Shown here: one piece after another, positions 1 through 8,603 of the stretch
How positions within the stretch are numbered: position 1 is the stretch's first letter
Layout: the number at the start of each line of letters is the position of its first letter
Assembly (NCBI GenBank): GCA_046498285.1
Contig: JAWOBA010000053.1
Coordinates: 1-51,620, forward strand
Source of the DNA: Desulfatiglandales bacterium
GTDB lineage: Bacteria > Desulfobacterota > DSM-4660 > Desulfatiglandales > B25-G16
Length of the DNA: 51,620 bases
Direction of reading: 5' to 3'
Made by a program: the position numbers and the translations under genes
The notes under the pieces: generated by a model
Told to the model about the DNA's origin: nothing
Seen by the model: the letters and a program-made list of their open reading frames with translations, nothing else
Database searches by the model: none

Positions 1-46
1 TTTTTTTTGAGGATGATGTAAATTGCCAGGTTTTTCAAAAGTCTCA
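1..46 (-). repeat. Family-A hairpin repeat, partial inverted copy A0 (terminal ~46 nt, cut by window edge)
   Basis: Reverse complement of 1-46 (tgagacttttgaaaaacctggcaatttacatcatcctcaaaaaaaa) aligns with the first ~46 nt of the copies starting at 1695, 19979 and 51394. Confidence 0.75.
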
Positions 47-649
47 GATAATGGGATAAGACAGAGGGTCAGATACAGCTTTGAGTCAGTCTTTGATTTC
101 CTGGGAGCCATAAAAAAAGTTGCACCAGGTTTGCGTAATACTATAAAATATATTATATACGGTAAATGGAACCTTGATTGTCAGCCAGATAAGCATCAGT
201 AAGCACAGGATTGCAGCCAGAAGATTGCTATGGCGACCAAACAATGCCAGAATTAATGCTTTCTCGTTTGGATAAAGCATATAAAACTCTGCCTGACAGT
301 CAACTGGGGAGCCAATAAAATCATATGTTGATTGAAAGGAGTGAATATCCGTCTCAACACTTTGGATTGTCATCTGAAGGCACTTTTATTCTAGCAGAAG
401 CTAAGATTAAGGAAGCAAGCGTAGAAAGCCTTACTCATAAACAAAGGAAGGAAAAGTATCACCAGTTGTCTACTAAAGATGACCTTACTCTTTTCGACAC
501 GCAGGTTTCCATCAATGAAATGATCATTAAAGACATGAGAATAAGCCAAGTTATGAGACGAGAAACAGGCTCACAGCATTCGTTTGTTTGAAAAGGTTTT
601 GAAAGGCCTATGCGCAAGTATAGCATGTTAGCAAGACTGAAATAATTGA

Positions 650-1174
650 TTGATATGTCAAAGGCTCTCTCGAATGGAAGAATACCTATCGAAAATAAAA
701 ACTCAATCAGAAATGAAAGAGGCAGTAGAAAAGGCGAAACGTGAAGGCAAGAAAATAATTTTTACCAATGGCTGTTTTGATATCCTCCATCAGGGTCACG
801 TACGCTATCTCTCTGAAGCCAAGGAGTTAGGAGATTACTTGATAGTTGGTTTAAACAGCGATCGCTCTGTGAGAGCAATTAAGGGAAATAATCGCCCTTT
901 TATGACTGAGGAAGTTAGGGCAGAGTTGCTTGCTGCTCTCTGTTTTGTTGATGGGGTGGTTATTTTTAATGAAAAGGATCCTCTTGCTATTATCACCTAT
1001 CTGCAGCCTCACATTTTAGTGAAAGGTGCAGATTGGGATGAAAATGATATTGTAGGGGCTGAATTCATTAAAAAAATGGGGGGTGAGGTTAAACGAATAC
1101 CAGTTGTAAAAAATATTTCTACTTCCAGTATTATTCACCGAATTATTAATGGCAATTCAACCCAAAATCAGTAG
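650..1174 (+). CDS. rfaE2: D-beta-D-heptose 1-phosphate adenylyltransferase (RfaE domain II, cytidylyltransferase family)
   Basis: 174-aa ORF with the nucleotidyltransferase motif FTNGCFDILHQGHVRYL (HxGH) and a C-terminal ISTSSII motif. Size fits a stand-alone RfaE domain II. The true start may be the internal Met at 674. Confidence 0.8.
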   Translation: MICQRLSRMEEYLSKIKTQSEMKEAVEKAKREGKKIIFTNGCFDILHQGHVRYLSEAKELGDYLIVGLNSDRSVRAIKGNNRPFMTEEVRAELLAALCFVDGVVIFNEKDPLAIITYLQPHILVKGADWDENDIVGAEFIKKMGGEVKRIPVVKNISTSSIIHRIINGNSTQNQ

Positions 1175-1220
1175 TGCAAGATACCTTCCTTATTACCATA
1201 AGAGGTTTGATGTAATGTAT

Positions 1221-1297
1221 GCGCCCATAGCTCAGCTGGACAGAGTAACGGACTACGAATCCGTAGGTCGCAGGTTCGAATCCTGCTGGGCGCACCA
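1221..1297 (+). tRNA. tRNA-Arg (anticodon ACG)
   Basis: 77-nt cloverleaf: acceptor gcgccca/tgggcgc plus encoded CCA, D-arm agctcagctggacagagt, anticodon stem-loop acgga-ctACGaa-tccgt, T-arm gcaggttcgaatcctgc. Confidence 0.93.
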
Positions 1298-1694
1298 GTA
1301 ATTTCAAGCACTTCGTACCATAATTATTATGAATACTCATATATCAACTTCAGTTTTTTCACCAGGATTGTTTTGAGACCATGTACACCGAATGTAATGA
1401 ATTGCAGCGAATTATTGCATCGGAGACGGGGAAGAATATTAAAGAGATTGGAAACAAAAGAAGGTAAAGAGGGCAGTATGTCCTACGATTGAGAAATACG
1501 ATGATGTATTTATTACAGTTAATAAGGACACTTTTTTATAAACATGAATGGACGGTCTAAATTTTCAATCAACTTATGAAATCACGGTGGCGATAGCCAT
1601 GAATTTGGTGTAATGCATCAACTTGTGGGTGGGAATACTCGAAATTCAAGTAATTTTTTTACTCGATGCTGGTTTCGAACATGAATTCACGTTA

Positions 1695-1945
1695 TGAGAC
1701 CTTTGAAAAACCTGGTGATTTTCACCATCCTCAAAAAGACGATGGACTTTTTTGAAGTGACTGGTGGAAGGGTGCTGTCTTTTGGTAACGTATCAGTGGG
1801 GGGACCCGCAGGCCCCGATTTATCGGGGCAATGCGGAGGGGGCAAAACTCCCCCATGGATACGTTGCTGAAAAGACCAACCCGATAGCCCCGGAACTGAA
1901 AAAAAGCCCATCGTCTTTAGATGAACAGGGGTTATGCAAAGGTCT
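1695..1945 (+). mobile_element. Family-A element copy A1 (MITE-like, ~250 nt, fully hairpin-foldable)
   Basis: Termini AGACCTTTG...CAAAGGTCT are inverted repeats. Flanked on both sides by CGTTA (1690-1694 and 1946-1950). About 95 percent identical to copy A3 by manual alignment. Long 5'-arm/3'-arm complementarity. Confidence 0.75.
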
Positions 1946-2084
1946 CGTTACATGGGGTAAGCAATCACAAAGATGATAGTCATTGTAGTGTGTTCAATAT
2001 TTGCCAATTGCAGCCCTAAAGAATCATCATATTATCTGTATGAGAAGCAGCTTATCTTCTTCCACAAAAAAATGGCATTGAAAA

Positions 2085-2124
2085 GATATAAAAAGGATTA
2101 AATGGCCTAATGCTTTGAGGCCAT
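2085..2124 (-). terminator. Putative rho-independent terminator after the TPR/2-TM gene
   Basis: On the minus strand, ATGGCCT-caaagcatt-AGGCCAT (7-bp stem) is followed by ttaatccttttta, about 50 nt past the stop at 2173. Confidence 0.45.
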
Positions 2125-2172
2125 GGCAGGCAACTATGAGGTCGAATGTTCGATTGTGAGAAGAGTAGCATG

Positions 2173-3201
2173 CTAAAATGAGAATTTACAAAGAACTAAC
2201 ATAGATTTCCCTTCATTATCGTTTCCCAGAGAAATGTTCACCCTTGTATTTTCTTTCAAATAATCTAAGAAGAGGTCTTTCTTATCCCGGTTATATTTAT
2301 GGGCACTGCTGACCGCACTATAGATATTTCCTGAGTAAAAACCCAGCTCAAAAAATGTAATTATCCCACCAATAACATCCAGGTCATGATCAAAGGCCTC
2401 ATAAGCAGCATAGATCATTGCACCATTCAAGAAAAATGATATAAGGGCATCTTTTTTTCTCTCGCAATACAAATGGCCTGCCCCAGGAACTACTGCAAGC
2501 AGTCCAGCGAGAGTGGGATTTTTTCTCTTGAGCGGTAGCTTTTTGTCGAGCTCAATTACCACGCTCCTGAGATCGTATTTATTTCTATTTTGATAAGAGA
2601 TCTCTTGAAAGTACTGACGAGCCTTTTCCCATAAACCCATTTCTAGATATACCCAGCCACCTTCATAATAGGCTTCGTCCCTGATTTCTTGATTTGGGGC
2701 AATTGTTATCAAATTATTTATGCTTGTAAGTGCAGCATCATAGCGCTTGAGCAGCACATATGCCCTGCTTATGTTAAGGTATGATTTGAAGGTATACCCT
2801 GTATTTTCGTAGTCCTCAATAAGCTTGGTAAATGCTTTTATAGCTTCTATGTACTGTTCACCTTTAAGGAGTGAAAGGCCGATTTTGTATCTAGCGAGTT
2901 CAACTTTATCTGATAAGGGAAAAAAATAGATAAAGCGCTCATATTCTCCGATAGCCCTGTAATATTCGCCTTGTGTAAAGTAGTTTTCTGCAAACTGAAA
3001 TTGGAGATCTGAGTTGATCACCATTTCTTCAGCAGCACATGACTGTGCAGGGTGTATTGTGCTTGTGAGGCTTCCTTTTGTTTTAATAACTTCTGTTTGT
3101 ACAGGAGAAGAAAATAAAAAGAGAAAAAGGGATACACCAACAATTACCCATCCTGCCGGTTGTCTGCAGAGATTACGGTGCATGATACCACCAGAAATCA
3201 T
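2173..3201 (-). CDS. TPR-repeat protein with N-terminal signal/anchor and C-terminal two-helix membrane module
   Basis: 342-aa ORF. Hydrophobic N-terminus (GWVIVGVSLFLFLFSSPV), several TPR-like repeats (YYRAIGEYERFIYFFP, YIEAIKAFTKLIEDY, YDAALTSINNLITIAP), and a C-terminal AGLLAVVPGAGHLY...FFLNGAMIYAAYEAF...GGIITFFELGFYSGNIY hydrophobic pair. Overlaps the upstream gene by 11-29 nt (alternative start 3183). Confidence 0.7.
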   Translation of the reverse strand: MISGGIMHRNLCRQPAGWVIVGVSLFLFLFSSPVQTEVIKTKGSLTSTIHPAQSCAAEEMVINSDLQFQFAENYFTQGEYYRAIGEYERFIYFFPLSDKVELARYKIGLSLLKGEQYIEAIKAFTKLIEDYENTGYTFKSYLNISRAYVLLKRYDAALTSINNLITIAPNQEIRDEAYYEGGWVYLEMGLWEKARQYFQEISYQNRNKYDLRSVVIELDKKLPLKRKNPTLAGLLAVVPGAGHLYCERKKDALISFFLNGAMIYAAYEAFDHDLDVIGGIITFFELGFYSGNIYSAVSSAHKYNRDKKDLFLDYLKENTRVNISLGNDNEGKSMLVLCKFSF

Positions 3202-3595
3202 TATTTTCTAATGGATCATAATATTTGAATTTCCCATTTATGAAAACCCGAGGGGACAACCGTAACTCATCTCTGCCACACCGAAACAGGCGATCACATG
3301 TCATCATCCAACCGATAAAAAAACCATGTTTTTTAAAACACTGTAAGCTATACATTGAGCATGGCGGGTACATTGGGCAATCCTTACCATCGATTGGTGA
3401 AACATGCGTTCTATAAGCTCTAACCAGGAAACGCAGGGGGTTTGTCGTTTGATCTATTTTTTTCTGGGAAAGTTTTTGAGCATCATTGTTTTCCCAGGGA
3501 CCTTTGAAATCAGAGGCATGTACCATTATGGCAAAAGTGAAAAAAAGTACCAAGAAAGGTATACCGACTAACTGAATTGATTTCATTGATTTCAT
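3173..3595 (-). CDS. YidD-family (membrane protein insertion efficiency factor-like) paralogue with predicted signal peptide
   Basis: 140 aa. YidD/DUF37 core LRFLVRAYRTHVSPIDGKDCPMYPPCSMYSLQCFKKHGFFIGWMMTCDRLFRCG, preceded by MKSMKSIQLVGIPFLVLFFTFAIMVHA (signal-peptide-like). The canonical yidD is at 48497-48724. Confidence 0.75.
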   Translation of the reverse strand: MKSMKSIQLVGIPFLVLFFTFAIMVHASDFKGPWENNDAQKLSQKKIDQTTNPLRFLVRAYRTHVSPIDGKDCPMYPPCSMYSLQCFKKHGFFIGWMMTCDRLFRCGRDELRLSPRVFINGKFKYYDPLENNDFWWYHAP

Positions 3596-3614
3596 GTAGC
3601 CACGTAACCGCCGA

Positions 3615-3760
3615 TTGAGAGCTTTGCAAAACTCATATTTTCTTAAAGAGGGTGGACTTTTCTTCAGTTCCCTTCGGGTCGTAGACCGCTGGTCACTTCA
3701 GAAAACTTTACCCCTCAATTCGGAGTAAAAATAATGGTCAGGGTGTGCACTAAAGCTCTA
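3615..3760 (-). mobile_element. Family-B palindromic element copy B2 (inverted relative to B1)
   Basis: Aligns along its whole length with the reverse complement of 20269-20400: tgagagctttgcaaaactcatattttcttaaagaggg...cttcagttccc...ggtcacttc...aaagctcta. Lies 20 nt upstream of the yidD-like start codon. Confidence 0.7.
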
Positions 3761-3965
3761 ATAAACTTCATAAAACTTCTAACAATACTATCTGTTATTT
3801 CTTTATATTCAAACTTATCTGTGTTTATCCTGTTGAATAGGATTCCCTGCAGGAAATTCACAGGGTAAATCTGTGGTTGAATAGTTATGATTTCATTACT
3901 GGATTGAGTTAATTGGTTAATGACAAAGGAAAAACTCAAGAAACAGAGCAACCTGAAAAATACAC

Positions 3966-5660
3966 CTATTTCTGTGTTATTCTAAGAATTTCTTCTATGG
4001 TAGTAATCCCATTGAGCACCTTTAAAGCGCCATCCTGGCGAAGGGTCATCATTCCCTGATTAATGGCCTGTTTTTTTATGGTGTTGGAATCCGAAGTCTT
4101 TAATATTAGATTCTTAATGGAATCATCCAGTACCATGAGCTCAAAGATACCGGTTCTCCCCTTGTATCCTGTATTCAGACATCCCTGACAGCCCTTGTCT
4201 CTGTATATCTTTTTACCCGAACACATTTCCGGAGTTATGCCAATATTTTCCAGGGATTCTTTATCAGGTATATATTCCTCTTTACATTCAGTGCAAACAT
4301 TTCTTACCAACCTTTGGGCAAGAATTCCAATCACTGAGGAGGTTACAAGAAAAGGCTCTATTCCCATATCAATGAGTCGTGTCACCGCGCTGGCGGAATC
4401 ATTCGTATGAAGGGTAGAAAATACCAGATGACCGGTCAATGCAGCTTGAATCGCAACTTCTGCTGTTTCCAGATCCCTGATCTCACCTACGAGGATTACA
4501 TCAGGGTCCTGGCGCACAATTGAGCGCAGGCCATTTGCAAAGGTAATGTTGATTTTGGGATTGACCTGAATTTGCCCGATCCCCTCTATCTGGTATTCAA
4601 CAGGGTCTTCTATGGTTATAATATTGATGTTTGGTTTGTTGATCGTACTTAATGCGGCATAGAGAGTGGTGGTTTTTCCACTTCCAGTCGGCCCTGTAAC
4701 CAGGATAATTCCATGGGAAGATTTGATAAGCTGATTAAATGTCTGTAGTTTCTGCTCAGACATACCGAGATCGGAAACACTTAGCAATACATTCGTCTTG
4801 TCAAGCAATCTAAGGACAACGCGTTCACCAAAGGCGGTGGGAATCGTAGATACGCGGATATCCACATTTTTATCACCTATTTTGATCTCAATCCTTCCAT
4901 CCTGCGGAAGCCTCTTTTCTGCAATGTTCAGCCTGGCCATAATCTTTATTCTGGATATAAGTGTTGATTGGATATGTTTAGGGGGGGAAAGTATATCATA
5001 GAGAACCCCGTCTACCCTGTACCTCACTTTGATCCTGTTTTGATAGGGTTCGATGTGTATATCACTGGCCCTGGCCTTTACTGCCTGGGATAGCATTAAA
5101 TTTACCAGTTTAATAACCGGTGCATCGCTGGTGTCGTCCAGGAGATCCCCTGTTTCCTCAATAGAAGATAGAATCATATCCCTGTCTTCCTCATGCATAT
5201 CCTGAATGACCTGTTCAGCAGAATAGCTGGTCATATCATAGGCCAAATTTATAGCCGAAAGAATTGCAGAAGAAGGGGCAAGGACAGTTGCTATACCATT
5301 CCACCCAAGGATTACGTGTAAATCGTCAAGGGGTTGAAACAATGTAGGGTCATTAACCGCTATATAAATCTTGTCAGATTTGACCACCGGCACCATCTTA
5401 TATTTTTTAAGGAACTGGATGGGTATACGCTGTGTAAAACTGGTGTCCATATTTTCTGTAGAGATGCTAGGCCATAAAGGCAGCCCAAATTGAATGCTAC
5501 GCGCCTTTAATAGGTCACTTTCTCCTATTGCCCCTTTCTGAATAAGAATCTCTTCTATCCTTCCACCTTGTTCCCTTTGTATTGCAAGGGCCTGGGCAAA
5601 TACGTCTTCTGAAAAGGAGCAAATCTCCTGCAATATCTCCCCGATTAATTTATATGCCAT
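3966..5660 (-). CDS. gspE: Type II secretion ATPase GspE
   Basis: 564 aa. Walker A GPTGSGKTT, tetracysteine CTECKEEY...CQGCLNTGYKGRTG, N-terminal T2SSE_N/MshEN-like repeats. Adjacent to the secretin gene. Confidence 0.92.
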   Translation of the reverse strand: MAYKLIGEILQEICSFSEDVFAQALAIQREQGGRIEEILIQKGAIGESDLLKARSIQFGLPLWPSISTENMDTSFTQRIPIQFLKKYKMVPVVKSDKIYIAVNDPTLFQPLDDLHVILGWNGIATVLAPSSAILSAINLAYDMTSYSAEQVIQDMHEEDRDMILSSIEETGDLLDDTSDAPVIKLVNLMLSQAVKARASDIHIEPYQNRIKVRYRVDGVLYDILSPPKHIQSTLISRIKIMARLNIAEKRLPQDGRIEIKIGDKNVDIRVSTIPTAFGERVVLRLLDKTNVLLSVSDLGMSEQKLQTFNQLIKSSHGIILVTGPTGSGKTTTLYAALSTINKPNINIITIEDPVEYQIEGIGQIQVNPKINITFANGLRSIVRQDPDVILVGEIRDLETAEVAIQAALTGHLVFSTLHTNDSASAVTRLIDMGIEPFLVTSSVIGILAQRLVRNVCTECKEEYIPDKESLENIGITPEMCSGKKIYRDKGCQGCLNTGYKGRTGIFELMVLDDSIKNLILKTSDSNTIKKQAINQGMMTLRQDGALKVLNGITTIEEILRITQK

Positions 5661-5672
5661 ACCCGAGTGCCC

Positions 5673-7787
5673 TCATCTAAGAGTTGCGCCCTGACCTTTG
5701 AGTGCCGGCTTTTTATACATTTTTACGGCCCCTCCCCTGATTTTATCTATCCCCTCTTTCTTCTCATTATAAATCTTTTTTGCCTCGATAGGATTCTCAA
5801 TAATATGCGGTGTCAGAAAAATGAAGAGGTTGGTTTTATTCCGGGATTTTGATTGAGATTTAAAAAGCAGACCCAGGCCTGGAATATCCCCAAGACACGG
5901 TACCTGATAAGCTCCCTGTTCTGTACTCTCTCCAATGATCCCACCAATAACGACGGTGTTCTCATCTTTTATGATAACAGTGGTTTCTGCAGATCGCTTA
6001 AGGGTAGTTGGTCTGTATTCCTCAGACCCTTTTTTTAATGTTACATTCTCTTGAAAGATCTTGAGTCTTACAAACCTCTCCTGATTAATTTGGGGGGTAA
6101 TTTTGAGTGTTACGCCCACATCCTTGTATTCATAAGTGGTATAGTCGATATCAGATGCTGAGGTCTCCTGCCTGGTGATATATGGAACATTTTGTCCTAC
6201 TGTAATCTCTGCCGCCTCGTTGTCTGTTGTCAGGATTTGAGGGGTTGAAAGTATATTTACATCGGAATCTTTTTGATATGCCTGCAAGATGGCAGCGATA
6301 TTCGGAAAAACCACATCCCCAATTGTAATTGCCTCTCCGACAACTCCCAGAGAAAAACCGGAAGGCAGAGCCCCTTCTGACAGTCCTTTAATACCGCTGT
6401 AGTCACCAGCTCCACCTGCACCGCCTGATCCACTAAAAGCACCTCCTTCTCTTCCTTGATAGGTAAAATCCTCCATCCCCAACCATTCCACTCCAAGCCT
6501 GAATTCTTTATCCATATTAACTTCCATGATCAGTGCTTCGATATAGACCATGCTCCTGGGGATATCAAGTTTCTTGATGATATCTTCGATGACAAGGTAG
6601 TCGTGTTTTTTTGCATTAATTACCAGGGCATTGGTGGCCTTATCCGCCACGATCTGCACTTCTTTGGAAATAACAGGGGTCTTGCCTTTTGCTTCCTGCG
6701 TTTTCTCTTCAGACGGGATTGCTGCTAAGACCTTGACAAGATCCTCAGCATTTGCATTCTGGAGGTAATACACATGAATATCCCCTTCCCCTCGCGGGAC
6801 TTCTTTGTCCAATAGCTTAACAAGCTTTGTAATTCGCAAGGTATCATCCTCTGTAGCCAGTATTATTAAAGAATTGGTCCTCTCATCAGGCATAATCCTG
6901 CAAACAGGGGCTATAGGCGCACCTCCTTTGACACCGCTAACTGCCTTTTCAAAAATATTGGCTAATGGCTGTGATAAATGGGATGCTGTTGCATGTTCAA
7001 GTGGAATCACTGATATCTCTTCACCAATGCCTTTTATATCAATAGCTTCTACTATTTTGAGGAGGCGTTTGATATTTGAAAGCACATCAGTAACAATCAA
7101 CATGCGTGTAGGAGGGTAGGAGGCAATCAGGCTGCTCTTGGATATTAATGCGCTAAAAAGCTTGCTAAGTTCATCGGGATTGGCATATTCAAGAGGAATT
7201 AACTGTGTCACCACCTTGTCTTCAGGGACAATAGCCTCCTCTCGGAGTCTGGTTTCAACATTTTTAGACCTTGCGTGGAGAGCCGGCACAATCTTGATAA
7301 TACTTCCTGCCTGAACAGTTGTAAATCCATGGACATCCAGCACAGATTCAAAAACTTTGTAGGCCTCTTCTATTGATATCTTGGTAGGAGAAGCAATCGT
7401 TACCTTGCCTCTCACTGTTTTATCTACGACAAAATTCTTACCTGTCAATTCGCTGATAAACTTGATGAAAAGCACAATATCTACATTGTCAAAGTCAATG
7501 GTAACATAACGGCTGTTCGGCTCCTGTGCTGCAGGGGTTGTCTTTTTCTGGGTTATCTCTTTTTTCGCTGGTTCCTGTACCTGGAGTTTTGGGGTCTTTT
7601 TTTCCGGAGCAGGCATCACCGGCGCACTCTTTTTAGCAGGCTGTGCAGGTTTAGGGCTAACAGATATCACATCATCCTCACCTGCGAGCCTTGCTCCTTG
7701 GGCTAGAGAATTACTTGTCAAGATTAATAATCCTACGGCTAAAGAATACAAGATAGATTTTATTTCTATGGTCAATTTCATGTTCAT
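5673..7787 (-). CDS. gspD: Type II secretion secretin GspD
   Basis: 704 aa. N-terminal signal/anchor, Pro/Lys-rich linker, N-domains, and the C-terminal secretin signature VPCLGDIPGLGLLFKS...NLFIFLTPHII. Confidence 0.92.
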   Translation of the reverse strand: MNMKLTIEIKSILYSLAVGLLILTSNSLAQGARLAGEDDVISVSPKPAQPAKKSAPVMPAPEKKTPKLQVQEPAKKEITQKKTTPAAQEPNSRYVTIDFDNVDIVLFIKFISELTGKNFVVDKTVRGKVTIASPTKISIEEAYKVFESVLDVHGFTTVQAGSIIKIVPALHARSKNVETRLREEAIVPEDKVVTQLIPLEYANPDELSKLFSALISKSSLIASYPPTRMLIVTDVLSNIKRLLKIVEAIDIKGIGEEISVIPLEHATASHLSQPLANIFEKAVSGVKGGAPIAPVCRIMPDERTNSLIILATEDDTLRITKLVKLLDKEVPRGEGDIHVYYLQNANAEDLVKVLAAIPSEEKTQEAKGKTPVISKEVQIVADKATNALVINAKKHDYLVIEDIIKKLDIPRSMVYIEALIMEVNMDKEFRLGVEWLGMEDFTYQGREGGAFSGSGGAGGAGDYSGIKGLSEGALPSGFSLGVVGEAITIGDVVFPNIAAILQAYQKDSDVNILSTPQILTTDNEAAEITVGQNVPYITRQETSASDIDYTTYEYKDVGVTLKITPQINQERFVRLKIFQENVTLKKGSEEYRPTTLKRSAETTVIIKDENTVVIGGIIGESTEQGAYQVPCLGDIPGLGLLFKSQSKSRNKTNLFIFLTPHIIENPIEAKKIYNEKKEGIDKIRGGAVKMYKKPALKGQGATLR

Positions 7788-7856
7788 TTATCTTCTGTGT
7801 TTATCACTCAATTTGCTTTACAATGTGGGAGTCATGGTTTATGTCCCATTACTCCA

Positions 7857-8603
7857 TTATTGCTTTCCTGTTATTTTTTCAAATTCAGATAAACCTTTAA
7901 GGTTCTGAAGGTCTTTGTCTTTCCGAGCCCATTCCGTTACCGATTTATCTAAGGAAAGTGCTTTCTCGAGATTGTCCAGACTTTGCCTCACATCACCTTT
8001 AATGGCGTAAAGACATGCCAGATTGTAGTATGGGTCTGCATACTCTGGTTTTAATCGAATAGCAGTTTCCAGGCTATCGGCGGCCTTTGAATAATTGCGT
8101 TCTTGAATATAGATCACCCCTAAGTTATTCAATATACCTGCATTGCCTGGCTGAGTCCTCAGTGCTTGTTCATAAAGCCTCTGTGCTTCCCCCAAACGGC
8201 CTACTTTTTGAAGCTCTCTTGCCTGATCAAAAAGTTCCCCTCCATCTGAAGAGGTCTCTGCCTTGTAACGTTCTAAAGTGTTTTGATTCTTAGAGGGTGA
8301 TGGTGTTACTTTATCATGAGAATCTAACCATGAATAGACTGCAAAGGCAAGCAGAATGACAAAAAAGGAAATCAACCACGCAGTTTTTGCAGAATGAACA
8401 GGTAGCTTTTCTCTAGGGCCCGAAACGATTGTTTTATATTTTGGGAATCTGGCATCTTTCTCTTTTTGTGCCTTTAATAGTGCCTTATGAATGTAACTCA
8501 TGTCTTTTGTAAATGTGCTATGATTGTTGGGTGTATTTTCTTTTTGGTATTTAAGATATGTTTTGTAGTTATGGTGTTTTCTAGTTTTGAAGCGAGTAAG
8601 CAA
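7857..8603 (-). CDS. Membrane-anchored TPR-repeat protein inside the T2SS cluster
   Basis: 248 aa. One TM segment (AWLISFFVILLAFAVYSWL) followed by TPR repeats (LGEAQRLYEQALRTQP, YSKAADSLETAIRLKP, YYNLACLYAIKGD). Located between gspA and gspD. Confidence 0.7.
   Translation of the reverse strand: MLTRFKTRKHHNYKTYLKYQKENTPNNHSTFTKDMSYIHKALLKAQKEKDARFPKYKTIVSGPREKLPVHSAKTAWLISFFVILLAFAVYSWLDSHDKVTPSPSKNQNTLERYKAETSSDGGELFDQARELQKVGRLGEAQRLYEQALRTQPGNAGILNNLGVIYIQERNYSKAADSLETAIRLKPEYADPYYNLACLYAIKGDVRQSLDNLEKALSLDKSVTEWARKDKDLQNLKGLSEFEKITGKQ

Noticed and set aside
86-591. Overlapping small ORFs 86-373 (minus, 95 aa, one hydrophobic stretch) and 325-591 (plus, 88 aa).
   Set aside because: Neither has a recognisable motif or a clear ribosome-binding site, and they are mutually exclusive over part of their length. 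One of them could be real, but the sequence alone cannot support a call.
1687-1976. ORFs of 58-85 aa on both strands across the family-A copies (1687-1911 minus, 1764-1976 plus, 19741-20226 minus, 19935-20153 plus, 19978-20235 plus, 51342-51569 plus, 51353-51610 minus).
   Set aside because: Of the A1/A3 differences I translated in the shared plus-strand frame, six are amino-acid-changing (NLVIF/NPAIF, FTILKK/FIIPKK, SFGN/SFRN, VGGP/VGEP). The 32-nt insertion in A2 shifts the frame, and the minus-strand frame is not conserved in A2. This is the behaviour of a non-coding repeat, not a gene.
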